From contig NC_069002.1 in the NCBI RefSeq assembly GCF_001194135.2, positions 27,383,705 to 27,447,704 on the forward strand: a stretch of 64,000 nucleotides of DNA, read 5' to 3'. Of the stretch, positions 51,065 through 62,914 are shown piece by piece (position 1 is the first letter of the stretch; each line of letters starts with the position of its first letter). This DNA is from Octopus bimaculoides. Taxonomy: Eukaryota. Under the pieces are notes generated by a model that saw only the letters and a program-made list of their open reading frames with translations, ran no database searches and had not been told where the DNA came from. Both the position numbers and the translations under genes were made by a program.

Positions 51065-51200
51065 CTAATTAAAACGTTAAACAGAAGAACTTGGCGCTGA
51101 ATGAAACGGTGTGGAACTGGTAGGCGGACTTCTACACATTTGAATTAAAATATTCCAATAAGTCATAACACTATCTGAGAATTCAATTTATCAGTATAAT
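51065..51200 (-). other. NUP107: Probable non-coding first (5' UTR) exon of NUP107; 5' end not defined
   Basis: Strong donor ag|gtaaga at 51064 in the CpG-rich zone upstream of the first coding exon; no in-frame ATG. Confidence 0.45.
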
Positions 51201-51918
51201 AAGCATAAAAAAAAACTTTTTATTTTTTCCCCACAAGTTAAATTAATATTTTATTCTGGTTTGAAAAGCATTTGCATTGCAGAAAGTATTTTAAAAGGGT
51301 ATAACGTTTCCCTATACACCGTTAAATTAAAAATTAGAAAGGTTTGTGCAAAAGCGAAACGAATACATACATTTTATTTTTAAACGTCAAATTACACTAA
51401 CATTTAATTTGCTATTTCGTTTCTACAGCCTTGGACAGTATTGTAATGGGAAACAACGTTCATACTTCCATCGCGGGTATTAACAGTATAGTTTGAAGTG
51501 GTTTTAACCAAGAATTGAAACTGACTCTTTTTTTATTCTTACTTGGAGCTTGTCACTCTCAGGAACTCACCACGAATAATGTTTATGTAATTTTCTTTAT
51601 TTCTTACATTAGCATAAGACTAGAAAATTTGTGGTGATAATTACGATGAAGGTTTCATCTCAAAATATGATAGATACTCTGCTAGGTAGACATTTGGCAT
51701 AGTTGTCCCACGAAGTACCATAACTCATGGAAAAAGAAAAGGGCTCGGAGGCTGGAGTTGAATATGTAAGAAAGAAAATATAGAAATTCTTGTGAAAAAA
51801 CGATGAGTTAATAAAAAAGAACTTTAAAATTTCTAGAATTTCGTTTCGTTGTCGAAGCCATGAAAAAATTTACATTCACTCCTCGCATTTTGCCTTCCTT
51901 TCTTATGCCGAACCCAGC
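51200..51918. promoter_or_regulatory. Putative bidirectional promoter shared by NUP107 and BCCIP
   Basis: Less than 0.9 kb between divergent 5' ends; free of SINEs and visibly richer in CpG than the gene bodies. Confidence 0.6.
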
Positions 51919-52041
51919 ATGGCGACACCATCGAAAAAACGTGACGTTGAAGAAATGGATGTTCAATCAGATGAAGATGATGACGACTTGGATGATTATT
52001 CCTCAAGTGAAGAGGAAGATGAAGACGGTATCGCAGATGAG
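51919..52041 (+). CDS. BCCIP: BCCIP exon 1 (MATPSKKRDVEEMDVQSDEDDDDLDDYSSSEEEDEDGIADE)
   Basis: ATG in cagcATGG context, basic then acidic N-terminus, gag|gtataa donor, phase 0. Confidence 0.9.
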
Positions 52042-55000
52042 GTATAAACAGCTATAATATCTTTTGTTTGGGACAATTTTACTATCATTTATGACATTTC
52101 TTAAAACTGAATTTTAAAAATATATTTGTATATTTCTGCGTTTCTTTTATAAATTACTGCAATAGAAGTGATTTTTCTATTAATGAGTAGGAATTAACAT
52201 TCTTATGGTCTTCAGCTAAGATCGCATCGCCATATACGGCAACACCGTGAAATCACAGCTGTTCCTTGTTAGTGTGTATATATATATGTGTATACATAAA
52301 ACAGTTATATAACTTAAGTTTCGTATCTACAGCCTCATTTTCGTTCGATTTCTTTCCACCAACTAAAGTGATTGTCGTTATACGTTAATCCAATATATAG
52401 CTGGTATTGATGCCATATGTTATACGAATTACGATATAGATAATCTTGACAAGTAATACTAAACGTGCGTTCGGTACCCGGTTTGCTCGACATGCTAGAA
52501 ATAGCAGCCGAATCTCAATTACACCTTACTGTCCTAAAATTGGAGGTACACATGCTGTGACACTTATTCCTTTTCCTCCTCCCTCATCATTATTATGCCG
52601 GATAATCTAATCCTAATTACACTGTTTAAAGAAAAAAGTCAGCTTAACATTGAGTGGTGAAAACAATTATCAGATGAGCAAAAGGGATCTGAAAGTTTCA
52701 TTATTTAAACCATTTCGGTAAATATGGGAGACAACCTTTGATATAATCTTTTATCATTTAACGTCCATGTTCTATGCTGGCATGGGTTGGGCGTTTTGAC
52801 TGGCTCCGATGTGTTCAAAGACTACGTCGTCCTCCAGTGTCTACTTTGACATGATTTCTACGGCTAGGTGCCCTTCCTAACGCGAACCACTTTACAGCGT
52901 GTACCGGGTGCTTTTTTTCGCGGCACCATTGCTTGCGAGCTCGCCATGCAACTCGCAAGACTATAAAACACAAGGTGGGTAGCGGCTCTATACTAGGATG
53001 CGAGTATGGCACATGTTACTAAGCCTAGCTGTACTAACGAACCCTTTGCCTGCGACTGACCCTGGTTCTATGAAACAAACTTCTCGTTTTAAAGTGACCT
53101 GAACTAAAACTTTCATCAAAATTCCATATCAATTTGTTCTAAACACCGGTTCTTATAATGGCAATGTTATTTTACTAAATTTTTCATTATTCTCAAAATT
53201 AATTGAAATAAAGGCAATGTATTCCAACAGGAATATGGTAACAACAGAATCAGCCCTTTTGATACCAACCTCTCCTGAGACTGCTCTTACTTCTGATGCA
53301 AACTTTCTGCTTTAAAGTAATTTAAATTAAAGACATTCCATAAAATAAAAAGATCCTGTTAATTTGTGTTCCAAACACCAGCTTAATAATGACAAAGCTA
53401 TTTTACCAAATTCTTCATTATTTTCAAAATAAATTGACACAAATGAGTATTTCAACAGGAATGTGATAACAAAAATGTTTAAATGATCTAAATTAAAACC
53501 TTCCATCAAAATTTCCTGTTAATTTATGTTCCAAACACCAGATTAATAACGACAAAAGTTAATTTACGAAATTCTTCATTATTTCCAAAATGAATTGAAA
53601 CAGAATCAGTGTAGTTCAAAAGAAATATAGTAAGAATAAGGTTAAAGTGATCTAAATTAAAAGAAAGTTCCGTGTTAATTTATGTTCCAAATATCAACTT
53701 AAAAATGAAAAAGTTATTCTACTAAATTCTTCATTATTTTCAAAATTAATTGGAAGAAAGGCAGAGTATATTTCAACAGAAATATGGTAACAAAAGGATT
53801 AAAGTGATCTCATTGTTAAATACTGTTCTAACATTTGTCTCATTTCAGGATGTCCAAGTAGATTTTGAAGCAGTGCCACCCACTGATGCCGATGCTAATG
53901 GTATCCGTACTCTACTCTCACAGGTAAATCCCATTCTGTATTGTATTAGTATCTCACTCTCACATAAACAATCATCATCATCATTTAACGTCCGCTTTCC
54001 ATGCTAGCATGGGTTGGACGATTTGACTGAGGACTGGTGGAACCCGAAGGCTACACCAGGCTCCAATCTGATTTGTCAGAGTTTCTACAGCTGGATGCCC
54101 TTCCTAATGCCACCCACTCCGAGAGTGTAGTGGGTGTTTTACGTGCCACCAGCACAAGGGCCAGTCAGGCGGTACTGGCGACGGCCACGCTCGAAATGGT
54201 GTATTTTATGTGCCACCTGCACAGGAGCCAGTCCATTTATCAGCATTTTAGATTTCAATAAGAAAACTGGAACTTATAAGATAAAAATAATCTTAGATCA
54301 CCATATATCTTTCACCCTCCTCATCTACCATGCCTGCCCCTCTTTCTCACCCAGTTTTGCTACCTACCCAACATCATCTCTCTTTTGTTTTTCTCCTGTC
54401 TGCTGTTTCATCATTACTATTCTGCTGGTCAGTACTGTCAGTCATCTCCTACTCTCCCCTCGATCACTCCCACCTTCTCTTTGGCAATGTGAGTAGTCAC
54501 GTAGCTCTTCTACAACAAGAAACCTGTTCTGCTTTGGCTCTTTCTCTCAAACTTTTATCTATCTTTTGCTCTTCATCTCCTAACAAAGTTATCCCCACTC
54601 CCCAGGATTCATACTCTAGTAGATTGCATGATGGTGTCACTCGTGCTGATGGCACATGAAAGTGCACCCAGTACAGGCTGTAAAGTGGTTGTCTTAAAGA
54701 AAGGCATCCAGCTGTAGAAGCCATGCCTAAGTAGACATTGGTGCTCTTCATCATCATCATTTAACATTCATTTTCCATGCTGGCTTGGGTTGGATGGTTT
54801 GACCAGGGTTGGTAAGCTGAGGGGCTGCACCAAACTCCAGTCTGATTTGACATGGTTTCTATGGCTGGATGCCCTTCCTAATGCCAAAAAACAGAAGCAG
54901 TGTATTTCAAGAGAAACATGGTAACAAAAAGGGTTAAAAATGTTTAAAAATCAATGAGAAATGTCTTTTATATCTTTAATGTTAATTATTTCATACCTAT

Positions 55001-58000
55001 CTTTTTGAGAAAAGTATCCACTATTTCATGAAATATGGGGTTACGGAGATTTCAGTTGAAAGTATTACATTGATAGGATTATTGTGTTTAAATAATAAAA
55101 TATTTGTTTTCTTTTGCAGCTGTTCCTGAAAGCAAATATCAACCTTGGTCAGTTAGCCGATACCATCATATCACAGAATTACATTGGATGTGTCCTCAAG
55201 GTATTAAACACTTTTGTCACAAACTTTTATGTGTGGCTGGATGGTTTTTTTTCTTTTTTATTTAGCAGCAGTTTAACCCTTTCATTACCGTATTTATTTT
55301 GAGATGCTCTGTGTTTCTTTCAATTAATTTTAAATGTAACAAAGAATTTAGTAAAATAACTTAGTTACCATTAAGCTACTGTTAGGAACATAAATTATGA
55401 CTAAGGTTTGGTGAAAGATTTTAATTAAGAAATTTTGAAAACAAGACATTTGTACTACAGAGCCAGAGGTGGTTTCAGCCGGGTTGGTATCAAAAGGGTT
55501 AGGAATTGTTTCTCTATTATATATTTTAACCCTTTTGTTACCATATTGCTGTTGAGATGCTCTGTGTTTCTTTCAATTAATTTTAAATATATCAAAGAAT
55601 TTAGTAAAATAACTTAGTTATGATTCAGTTAGTGTTAGGAACATAAATTGTGACAAAGGTTTGGTAGAAGATTTTAATTCAAAATTTATGAAAACAGGAC
55701 ATTTGTACTACAGAGCCAGAAGTGGTTTCTATCAGAAGGTTCATACTCATTGTCATCTGAGCTCGACGTCTGTATAAAACATTTGTATATAAAACAAAAA
55801 AAAAACCAGATAAAAATCAAGAAATGCTGAGAATTGACATATAANNNNNNNNNNNNNNNNNNNNNNNNNNNNNNNNNNNNNNNNNNNNNNNNNNNNNNNN
55901 NNNNNNNNNNNNNNNNNNNNNNNNNNNNNNNNNNNNNNNNNNNNNNNNNNNNNNNNNNNNNNNNNNNNNNNNNNNNNNNNNNNNNNNNNNNNNNNNNNNN
56001 NNNNNNNNNNNNNNNNNNNNNNNNNNNNNNNNNNNNNNNNNNNNNNNNNNNNNNNNNNNNNNNNNNNNNNNNNNNNNNNNNNNNNNNNNNNNNNNNNNNN
56101 NNNNNNNNNNNNNNNGATGAAGATCCAATTTTTGGTGTGATGACGGCTATTAATCTCTCAGATAGAAAGGTAAATGACTAATAGTTTACTCCCGTCTGAA
56201 ATAGGTCGATCACCATGACAAAAAGAAAAGTGTGATTTTATAATATAATTCTGTATTTCTCTTATCCACCCCTTCCCCTCAACCCCTCAACATCGTTAGG
56301 AATGAGAAACCAGGTTCGAAATTTCCCCAAGACACCTGACGAAAGCTGGAGGGTATATCAACCGAAACGTTGTGTTAACAACAAACAAGATGAGGACAAA
56401 TATCCGTCAAATGTAAATAATGTAAATAATTCCTCATCTCTTAAATATAGAACTGTATTACACATTCATTTGTTCATACATTCATACACATACATACACG
56501 CATAATATATACATACGTACATGCATGCAGAGATGCAGGAAAAGCTGTAAAATGTATCAACCGATGCAGACTTTGTGGAGTTCACACTGAAGATATCACC
56601 CACATCATAAGCAGTTGTCCAAAAATGTCATCATGGTATTATCTACTGATGAGACATGATGTAGCTAAGACTTTCTATAATGAAATTCGTCGGAAGGATA
56701 ATCCCGAGGACAAAGAAATAAGAACCCACAATATGGTAGAAGCCATCGCCACTCATAATAAAAAGGAATACTGTTGGAATGTTCCAGTGAAGAACTCAAT
56801 AAAATGTACGCACAACAGACCTGATATAATGATTTGGGATAGAGAAGAGAAACTGCACAGTTGTGGAAATTTTCCTGCCCAGTGGATGTTAACATACAGC
56901 TGAAGATCAGTGAAAAAGAGAATATCTACGCTGAACTATTGAAAAATCTGCAGTTACACTATCCAGATTACAAGTTTATACCTGTAATTATTGGGGCACT
57001 GGAATATGTAACACACTGCCTCAATAACAATCTTGAGAAATTAGGCTTCTCAAAACCAGAAAAGAGAAAGCTAATTCGAAGACTACAGATCCAATCTATT
57101 ATTGGAACTGTAAAAACTTGTAAAACTTTCCAGAAGTTTATCATTTAAATATATATGAGCATGTCTAGATATGCAACTATATGCATGAGAATACATACAT
57201 AAAACATACAAATCTGCACATGCATACACACACACACACACACACCCTGTTGTTGATGTTGAAATTCCAATGAAGGAGCCTTGGATCTAGGTTAGAAACC
57301 AGTTCTTTCTCTGTTGGCAAGAAATCTTGAAATAAACTGAACAATTACATACACACATATGTACACACGCACATACATACACACACTTACCTACATACAT
57401 ACAATAAACTTCTTTTAGTTTTCCTCTACCAAATCCACTCCCACAATTTTGGTTAGCCTGCTGAAGATGTCATGTAGTGGGATTGAACCTGATACCATGT
57501 GGTTGGAAAGCAAACTTCTTAATCGCACAGCCATGTATAAAAGCAGTCTCATTAATTGTGTATTTCCATGCAACGAATATATAAAACTAGTCTTTGCAAT
57601 AATATATTTTGCTTCTATTGTTTCTTTGTAGAATCTCGAATCTGTAAAACAGTTGAAAGCTATGCTTCTTATGCAGTGCGAAAAGTGGGCTGCAGACAAA
57701 CTGCCTGTATTTAATCAAATTTTATTGGACACATGTGAGAAGCAAATTGGATTCCTAATTAGTGAAAGATTCATTAACATGCCCTCTTCTGTAGCAGTAC
57801 CACTGTACGAATCATTAAGGTGAGGCTGACTTTTCATTTATTGTCATTTCATTAATAAAGTTAGATTTATAATTTTTAATTAATCTGATTGACAAACTAC
57901 ATCAACAATCTTCCAGCATTCATGGTTCTATCACCATGATAGATTATCCATTTTGCCTGAATAAAATAGGTCATGTAGTAGTAGTAGTAGTAATCCTTTC

Positions 58001-59394
58001 TAGGCTGAGATTTGGGGTAGGGGATAAATCGATTACATTGACCCCAGTGTTGAACTGGTACTTATTTTATCAACCCTGAAAGGAAAGGCAAAGTTGACCT
58101 CGGTGGAATTTGAACTCAGAACATAAGGATGGATGAAATGCCACTAAGCATTTTGTATGGCATGCTAACGATTTTGCCATCTCAGTGATAATAATAATAA
58201 TAATTCAGAGTAAACTCCTTCAAGACTGCTGCCATGTTACCTATAACTTTGTCACTGCTAAACCTCCAAGACACACCTTTGATAATTCATTAGAAACATG
58301 CAATAGAATTGGAAGTATTCTTCCAATTCTTCAACTTCAATAATATGAAGGTGTAAATGATTAAAAGATTCAGACTGCAGCCCTTTCTGAATGGCATGCC
58401 TGACAAATAAATTACCTCAAAGTTTTTATTATAAATAGTTCAAATCAGTAATAACAGCTACTAAATCTGTAATCATCATCATCATCATCATCATTGTTTA
58501 ATGTCTGTTTTCCATGTTGGCATGGGTTGGACAGTTTGACAGAAGCTGGCCAGTCAGGGAGTTGTCCAGACCCCAATTGTCTGTTGTGGCATGGTTTCTA
58601 CAGCTGGATGCTCTTCCTAATGCCAGCCTCTTTACAGAGTGTGTTGGGTGCTGTTTATGTGGTACCGGCACCCATGAGCCTGCTTAGCTGGAGAGGAATG
58701 CAGGGGACAAGCCTGTATGCAAGGACAACCAATGCTTTTACTTAGCTTGGTGTATTTTCTCAAGCACAGCAAACCGCCAGATATCTCGGTCCCCTGTCAT
58801 CCCCTCTATGAGTCCCAACGTCTGTAGATCCTTTCTCTTGAATTTTTTTTTTTTTTTGGTAGTAGTTACCAAATCCTTCCAAAGTGTTATTTAAAAGAAA
58901 AATCAATTAAAATGCAGGCAGAGTGTTTCATCAGAGATACAACCACAAAGAAAGCTAACCTTTTAGCTTTCATATTTCTCTGTCCAATGTAATGCTTATC
59001 TGTTCACATTGATTTGAACTAGTCATGCTTTACCTTGTAGCTTTGAGATTTCAAATGATGTGAGTGTTTATTTTTAGAATGATATTGTAGGGTAAGTGTG
59101 AAAGGCTGGATCTGGCCAGTCAGATGATAAAACACGTAGAATATTTTGGCTGGATATGGCCAGTTTAAATGCTGAAGGGTTAAACAGACAAAACCAAAAA
59201 ATTTTATTGTAAAATTTCTTTTATTTTTCAGCAAAGATCTCCAGAGTGAAAAGGTCAACAAGATGAATTACAAGTTTGACCAATTCATTTTAATAAGCAA
59301 AACTTGTCGTCCACGAATTGAAGGTTCCAAAGAGAGACCAGTTGATGAGAATGAAATAACTTTCCTTAACCTTGAAGAACAAGTTTTATTAGAG
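51919..59394 (+). CDS. BCCIP: BRCA2 and CDKN1A-interacting protein (BCCIP/Bcp1 family), partial spliced CDS; 3' exon not found in the window
   Basis: Joined exons give an acidic N-terminus, V.VDFEA...D..GI..LL.Q, LFLKA.IN..QL.D.II.QN.IG.V.K, FG..T.INL..RK, G.LISERFIN.P, ISKT and F.N.EE, as in BCCIP/Bcp1. Confidence 0.96.
53095..53820. repeat. Tandem array of about 4-5 degenerate MITE-derived units (about 160 bp each)
   Basis: Recurring aatttatgttccaaacaccag...aaattcttcattattttcaaaa...ttcaacag(g)aatatggtaacaa. Confidence 0.75.
53849..53923 (+). CDS. BCCIP: BCCIP exon 2 (DVQVDFEAVPPTDADANGIRTLLSQ)
   Basis: catttcag / gtaaat; 75 nt. Confidence 0.95.
53970..54240 (-). mobile_element. Family B RTE-related element in BCCIP intron 2
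   Basis: catcatcatcatttaacgtccgctttcc... consensus. Confidence 0.85.
55120..55200 (+). CDS. BCCIP: BCCIP exon 3 (LFLKANINLGQLADTIISQNYIGCVLK)
   Basis: cttttgcag / gtatta; 81 nt. Confidence 0.96.
55273..55730. mobile_element. Two tandem family E TTAA MITEs in BCCIP intron 3
   Basis: ttaacccttt starts at 55273 and 55526 with near-identical internal sequence. Confidence 0.82.
56116..56169 (+). CDS. BCCIP: BCCIP exon 4, visible 3' part (DEDPIFGVMTAINLSDRK); 5' part in N-gap 55845-56115
   Basis: Matches the DEDEVFGFISLLNLTERK region; aag|gtaaat donor. Confidence 0.92.
56331..56376 (+). ncRNA. Minimal type I hammerhead-ribozyme-like motif
   Basis: gacac-CTGACGA-a-agctg(gagggtatat)caacc-GAAA-C-GTT-gtgtt; stem II has 2 mismatches in this copy. 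Confidence 0.55.
56540..57240 (+). mobile_element. 3' fragment of an RLE-type non-LTR retrotransposon (R4/Dong/NeSL-like; clade not resolved), one frameshift
   Basis: Translates to CRLCGVHTEDITHIISSC (C-x2-C-x8-H-x4-C knuckle), RHD, HNRPDIMIWD, then in another frame SCPVDVN..K..EK..IY and PVIIGAL; stop at 57148, followed by a CA/TA-rich tail. Confidence 0.88.
57632..57819 (+). CDS. BCCIP: BCCIP exon 5 (NLESVKQLK...IGFLISERFINMPSSVAVPLYESL+ag)
   Basis: tctttgtag / gtgagg; SERFIN motif. Confidence 0.97.
59232..59394 (+). CDS. BCCIP: BCCIP exon 6 (KDLQSEKVNKMNYKFDQFILISKTCRP...FLNLEEQVLLE)
   Basis: tttttcag / gtttgt; phase 2 to 0; ISKT and FxNxEE motifs. Confidence 0.94.
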
Positions 59395-59524
59395 GTTTGT
59401 AGTGATTGTTTCTCCCTTTTTTTCTTCTTTTTTAGTTTTGACTTTTCACCAATTCCAGTTTGTTGGAAGAATAATACACTAACATTCAGGATTTATTTCC
59501 CTTTGTGACTTCACACTGAGTGAG

Positions 59525-59625
59525 GACATTGTATCACCACCACCACCATCATCATCATCACCATCATCATGATCATCATCACCATTATCATCATCAGCAG
59601 CATCATTATCATCGTCATCGTCATT
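59525..59625. repeat. Compound (CAC)n/(CAT)n trinucleotide tract in BCCIP intron 6
   Basis: Directly visible; source of the spurious poly-His and poly-Met ORFs. Confidence 0.9.
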
Positions 59626-61489
59626 GTCATCTTTATTATTTTACTTCTGATTTCCATGCTGGTGTGGGTTTGATGAATCAGCATTGTCCAAGTTACCACC
59701 TAGGAGTTACTGCCAGGGAACTCTGCCTCTTTTGTCTGCTTTCATATGGCAAAAATAGTCATTAAAAATGTATGAATGAACAAATTATGTTTTGTAATTT
59801 CATCATCATCATCAACATTTAACATCTGTTTTCCATGCTGGCATGGGTTGGACGACTTGACAAGAACTAGCAAGGCCAGGGTCCACACCAGGCTCCATTG
59901 TCTGTCCTGACATGGTTTCTATAGCTGGATGCCCTTCCTAATACCAAACACTCCACAGAGTGTACTGGGTGCTTTTTACATTGCACCAGCATCAGTAGCA
60001 GTGGGGTCACTAAGTACCTGCAAGTCAGGACCCCTCAGCTGAGTGGATTATTGGATTGAGGGATAAGGAGCTAAAAGAGAAGCAACAAGAGCAGGTGTCT
60101 TACTGAAAAGGTGAATACATGGCTTGCCCACCTGGAGAGAGAGAGAGAGAGAATAAGAGAGGTGTGAGGTCCAGGTACAAGGTGAACATATGAGAGACAG
60201 AATAGGATAGAGGAGCAGAAAAGATGGATGGATTGGTAAATGCACTCAGTGTAAATGATGTGATTGATGATTAGAGATGGGGAATAAGTTGGATGCAGAG
60301 GGTATCAGTTCAACAGAAGGGAAGTGAAGGAATGACTGTGAAATTTAATTGTGCGGTTAAAGGGTTAGAATGTCTGCTAGGTGATAAAGAATAAGGACTA
60401 CTTGCCAAATGAGGTAAACATGAAATTTGAGCATCATCATCATCATCATCATCGTTTAACGTCCGCTTTCCATGCTAGCATGGGTTGGACGACTTGACTG
60501 AGGACTGGTGAAACCAGATGGCTACACCAGGCTCCAATCTGATTTGGCAAAGTTTCTACAGCTGGATGCCCTTCCTTGCGCCAACTACTCCGAGAACATA
60601 TTTATAAATGTTTTGATGTGTTTATTTTGCATGGTTTGTGACTCTGTACTGAGTCTGTATAAACAGACAAGGAACTGAGACACATCACATCTCTTGAAGG
60701 GAAAAAATATTTGGTTTGCTTTAATTTGCATCTTAAAACTCTGAACCTTCAGAATAAAAATGTTGGGAGTTTTTTTTTTTTTTTTGATAGAAAACATGGC
60801 AATTAATGAATAATAGCTTGCTCTGACAAGTAATGTTCTGAATTTTCATAATTAAGGCAGTCTAACAATGACTTGCTCTAATAAACAAGTAATAATTTGC
60901 TCTAATTAATTAGTAATATCTTGCTCTAATTAATAAGTCATAACTTGTCTGACAAGTTAGTGTCATTACATAAAATTTTTTTTTAACACTTCAATTTGTT
61001 AACGGAAGATGTATTTCAGAAGAGAAAAGCTGGTTTTGATCCATGCAAGCATCGAAAAGAAGATGAAATGATGATGGTGATGGTGGTCGTGATGATGATG
61101 TATAGTATTTGTATACATAGCACACCACATACAGCTGATAAAATGTGTCTTTCTGTTCATCTCTCACGTAATTCTGTTCCAAATATAATCCAAGTTATGT
61201 ATAATTCAGCATGGTTGAGTGGTTAAGAAGTTTGCTTTGCAATCACAAGGTCCCATGTTCAATCCTACTGCATGGCCATCTTGAGCAAGTACCTCTTACC
61301 AAAACCTTTGGTTGATCCAAGGTTTTGTATGTGAAATTAGGTTGATCAAAACTGTGTAGCAAGCTCACCAAATGAATTATTGCTGTAACTTTAATTCTCA
61401 CCTTTGTCTAACTGTGTCCTGAGCAGTGGAACAATGGAACGGTAAGAACATTGGTTCTGATGTTTTGTTTCTGAGTTCATATCCCAGCA

Positions 61490-61860
61490 TGGCCTACATG
61501 GGTTGGATGGTTTGACATGGAGCTGGCTTGCATGAAGCTGTCCAGGGTCCAGCTGTCTATTGAGGCTTGGTTTCTACGGCTGAATGCCCTTCCTAATGCC
61601 AACCACTTTACAGAATGTGCTGGGTGCCTTTTAAGTGGCACTGGCACCTGATAGGACAAGCCTGTATGTGTGGAGGACAGTGATTCTACTTAGCTTGATG
61701 CTTCTTATCAAGTACAGCCAATCGCCACATCTCCCAGTCCCTTGTCATTTCCTCAGTGAGGCCCAGCGTCCAAAGATCCTTTCTCATCACTTTGTCCCAC
61801 GTCTTCCTGGGTCTACCCCTTCCGCAGGTTCCCTCCACCGTTTGATGCCAACCCACCCAT
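61490..61860 (-). mobile_element. RTE-clade LINE 3' end (family B: ORF2 C-terminus plus 3' UTR)
   Basis: Minus 61850-61686 reads WHQTVEGTCGRGRPRKTWDKVMRKDLWTLGLTEEMTRDWEMWRLAVLDKK*, a typical RTE C-terminal GRGRPRKTW...WR motif, joined to the repeat that elsewhere ends in (GAT)n. Confidence 0.8.
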
Positions 61861-62914
61861 GACCACCACTACTTCTGTGATGCAATCTTCCTTTTTTTAA
61901 AGTGATCTAAATTAAAACCTTCCATGAAAATTTCACATTTATGTTCCAAATGCCAACTTAATAATTACAAATTTATTTTACTGAATTCTTCATTGCTTTC
62001 AAAATGAATCGAAACAAAAGTAGTGGTTCAGGTCCAGTCCTACTGCATAGCACCGTGGGCAAAGTCTTCTGCTATAGCCTCGGGCCAACCAAAGCCTTGT
62101 GAGTGGATTTGGTAGACAGAAATTGAAAGAGGCCCATTGAATGAATATGTATGTATGTATGTATGCATGCATGCATACATACATACATCCCTGTAACATT
62201 AGCAGTTCAGCCAAAGTGACTGATAGAATAAGTACCAGGCATTGAAAGAAAATAAGTCCTGGGGTTGATTAGTTCAATTAAAAATTTCTCAAGGTGGTGC
62301 CCCAGCATGGCCACAGTCTGTTAACTGAAACAAGTGGAAAAAAGGAAAGAAAAAAGGTTACTTCGAGGAATAGTTTCTTAGGTGCTGAAAGGACAGCTGG
62401 TACAGGGCTAATTAGTCGTTTTGGGATTAGTGCTAATTATTCATTTAGCTAATCTTAATTATAAAGGCAATTGGCTCACAATCATGAGATAGTGAGTTCG
62501 ATTCCTGGACCAGGTTGTGTGTTGTGTTCTTGGGCAACACTTTATTTCCCGTTGCTCCAGTTCACTCAGCTGTAGAAAGGAGTTGTGACGTCACAGGTGC
62601 CAAGCTGTATCAGCCTTTGCCTTTCCCTTGGACAATACTGGTGGCGTGGAGAAGGGAGGCTGGTATGCATGGGTGACTTCTGGTCTTCCATAAACAACCT
62701 TGCCTGGATTTGTGCCTTGGAGGGAAACTTTCTAGGTGCAATCCCATGGTCAGTCATGACTGAAGTGGGTCTTTACCCTTAAATTATGAAGGGATTATAA
62801 ATATCAAATGCAAGGGGGTTTTATAGGGAAAGTAGAGCAAAATGAAAGGTAATTTTTAGTCTTTAAAAGATTTAGAATGGAAATTCTAAAATTATGTAAG
62901 TTAAAATGGAAATA

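Noticed and set aside
59520-59765. Poly-His and poly-Met ORFs
   Set aside because: Translations of a (CAT)n/(CAC)n microsatellite in an intron.
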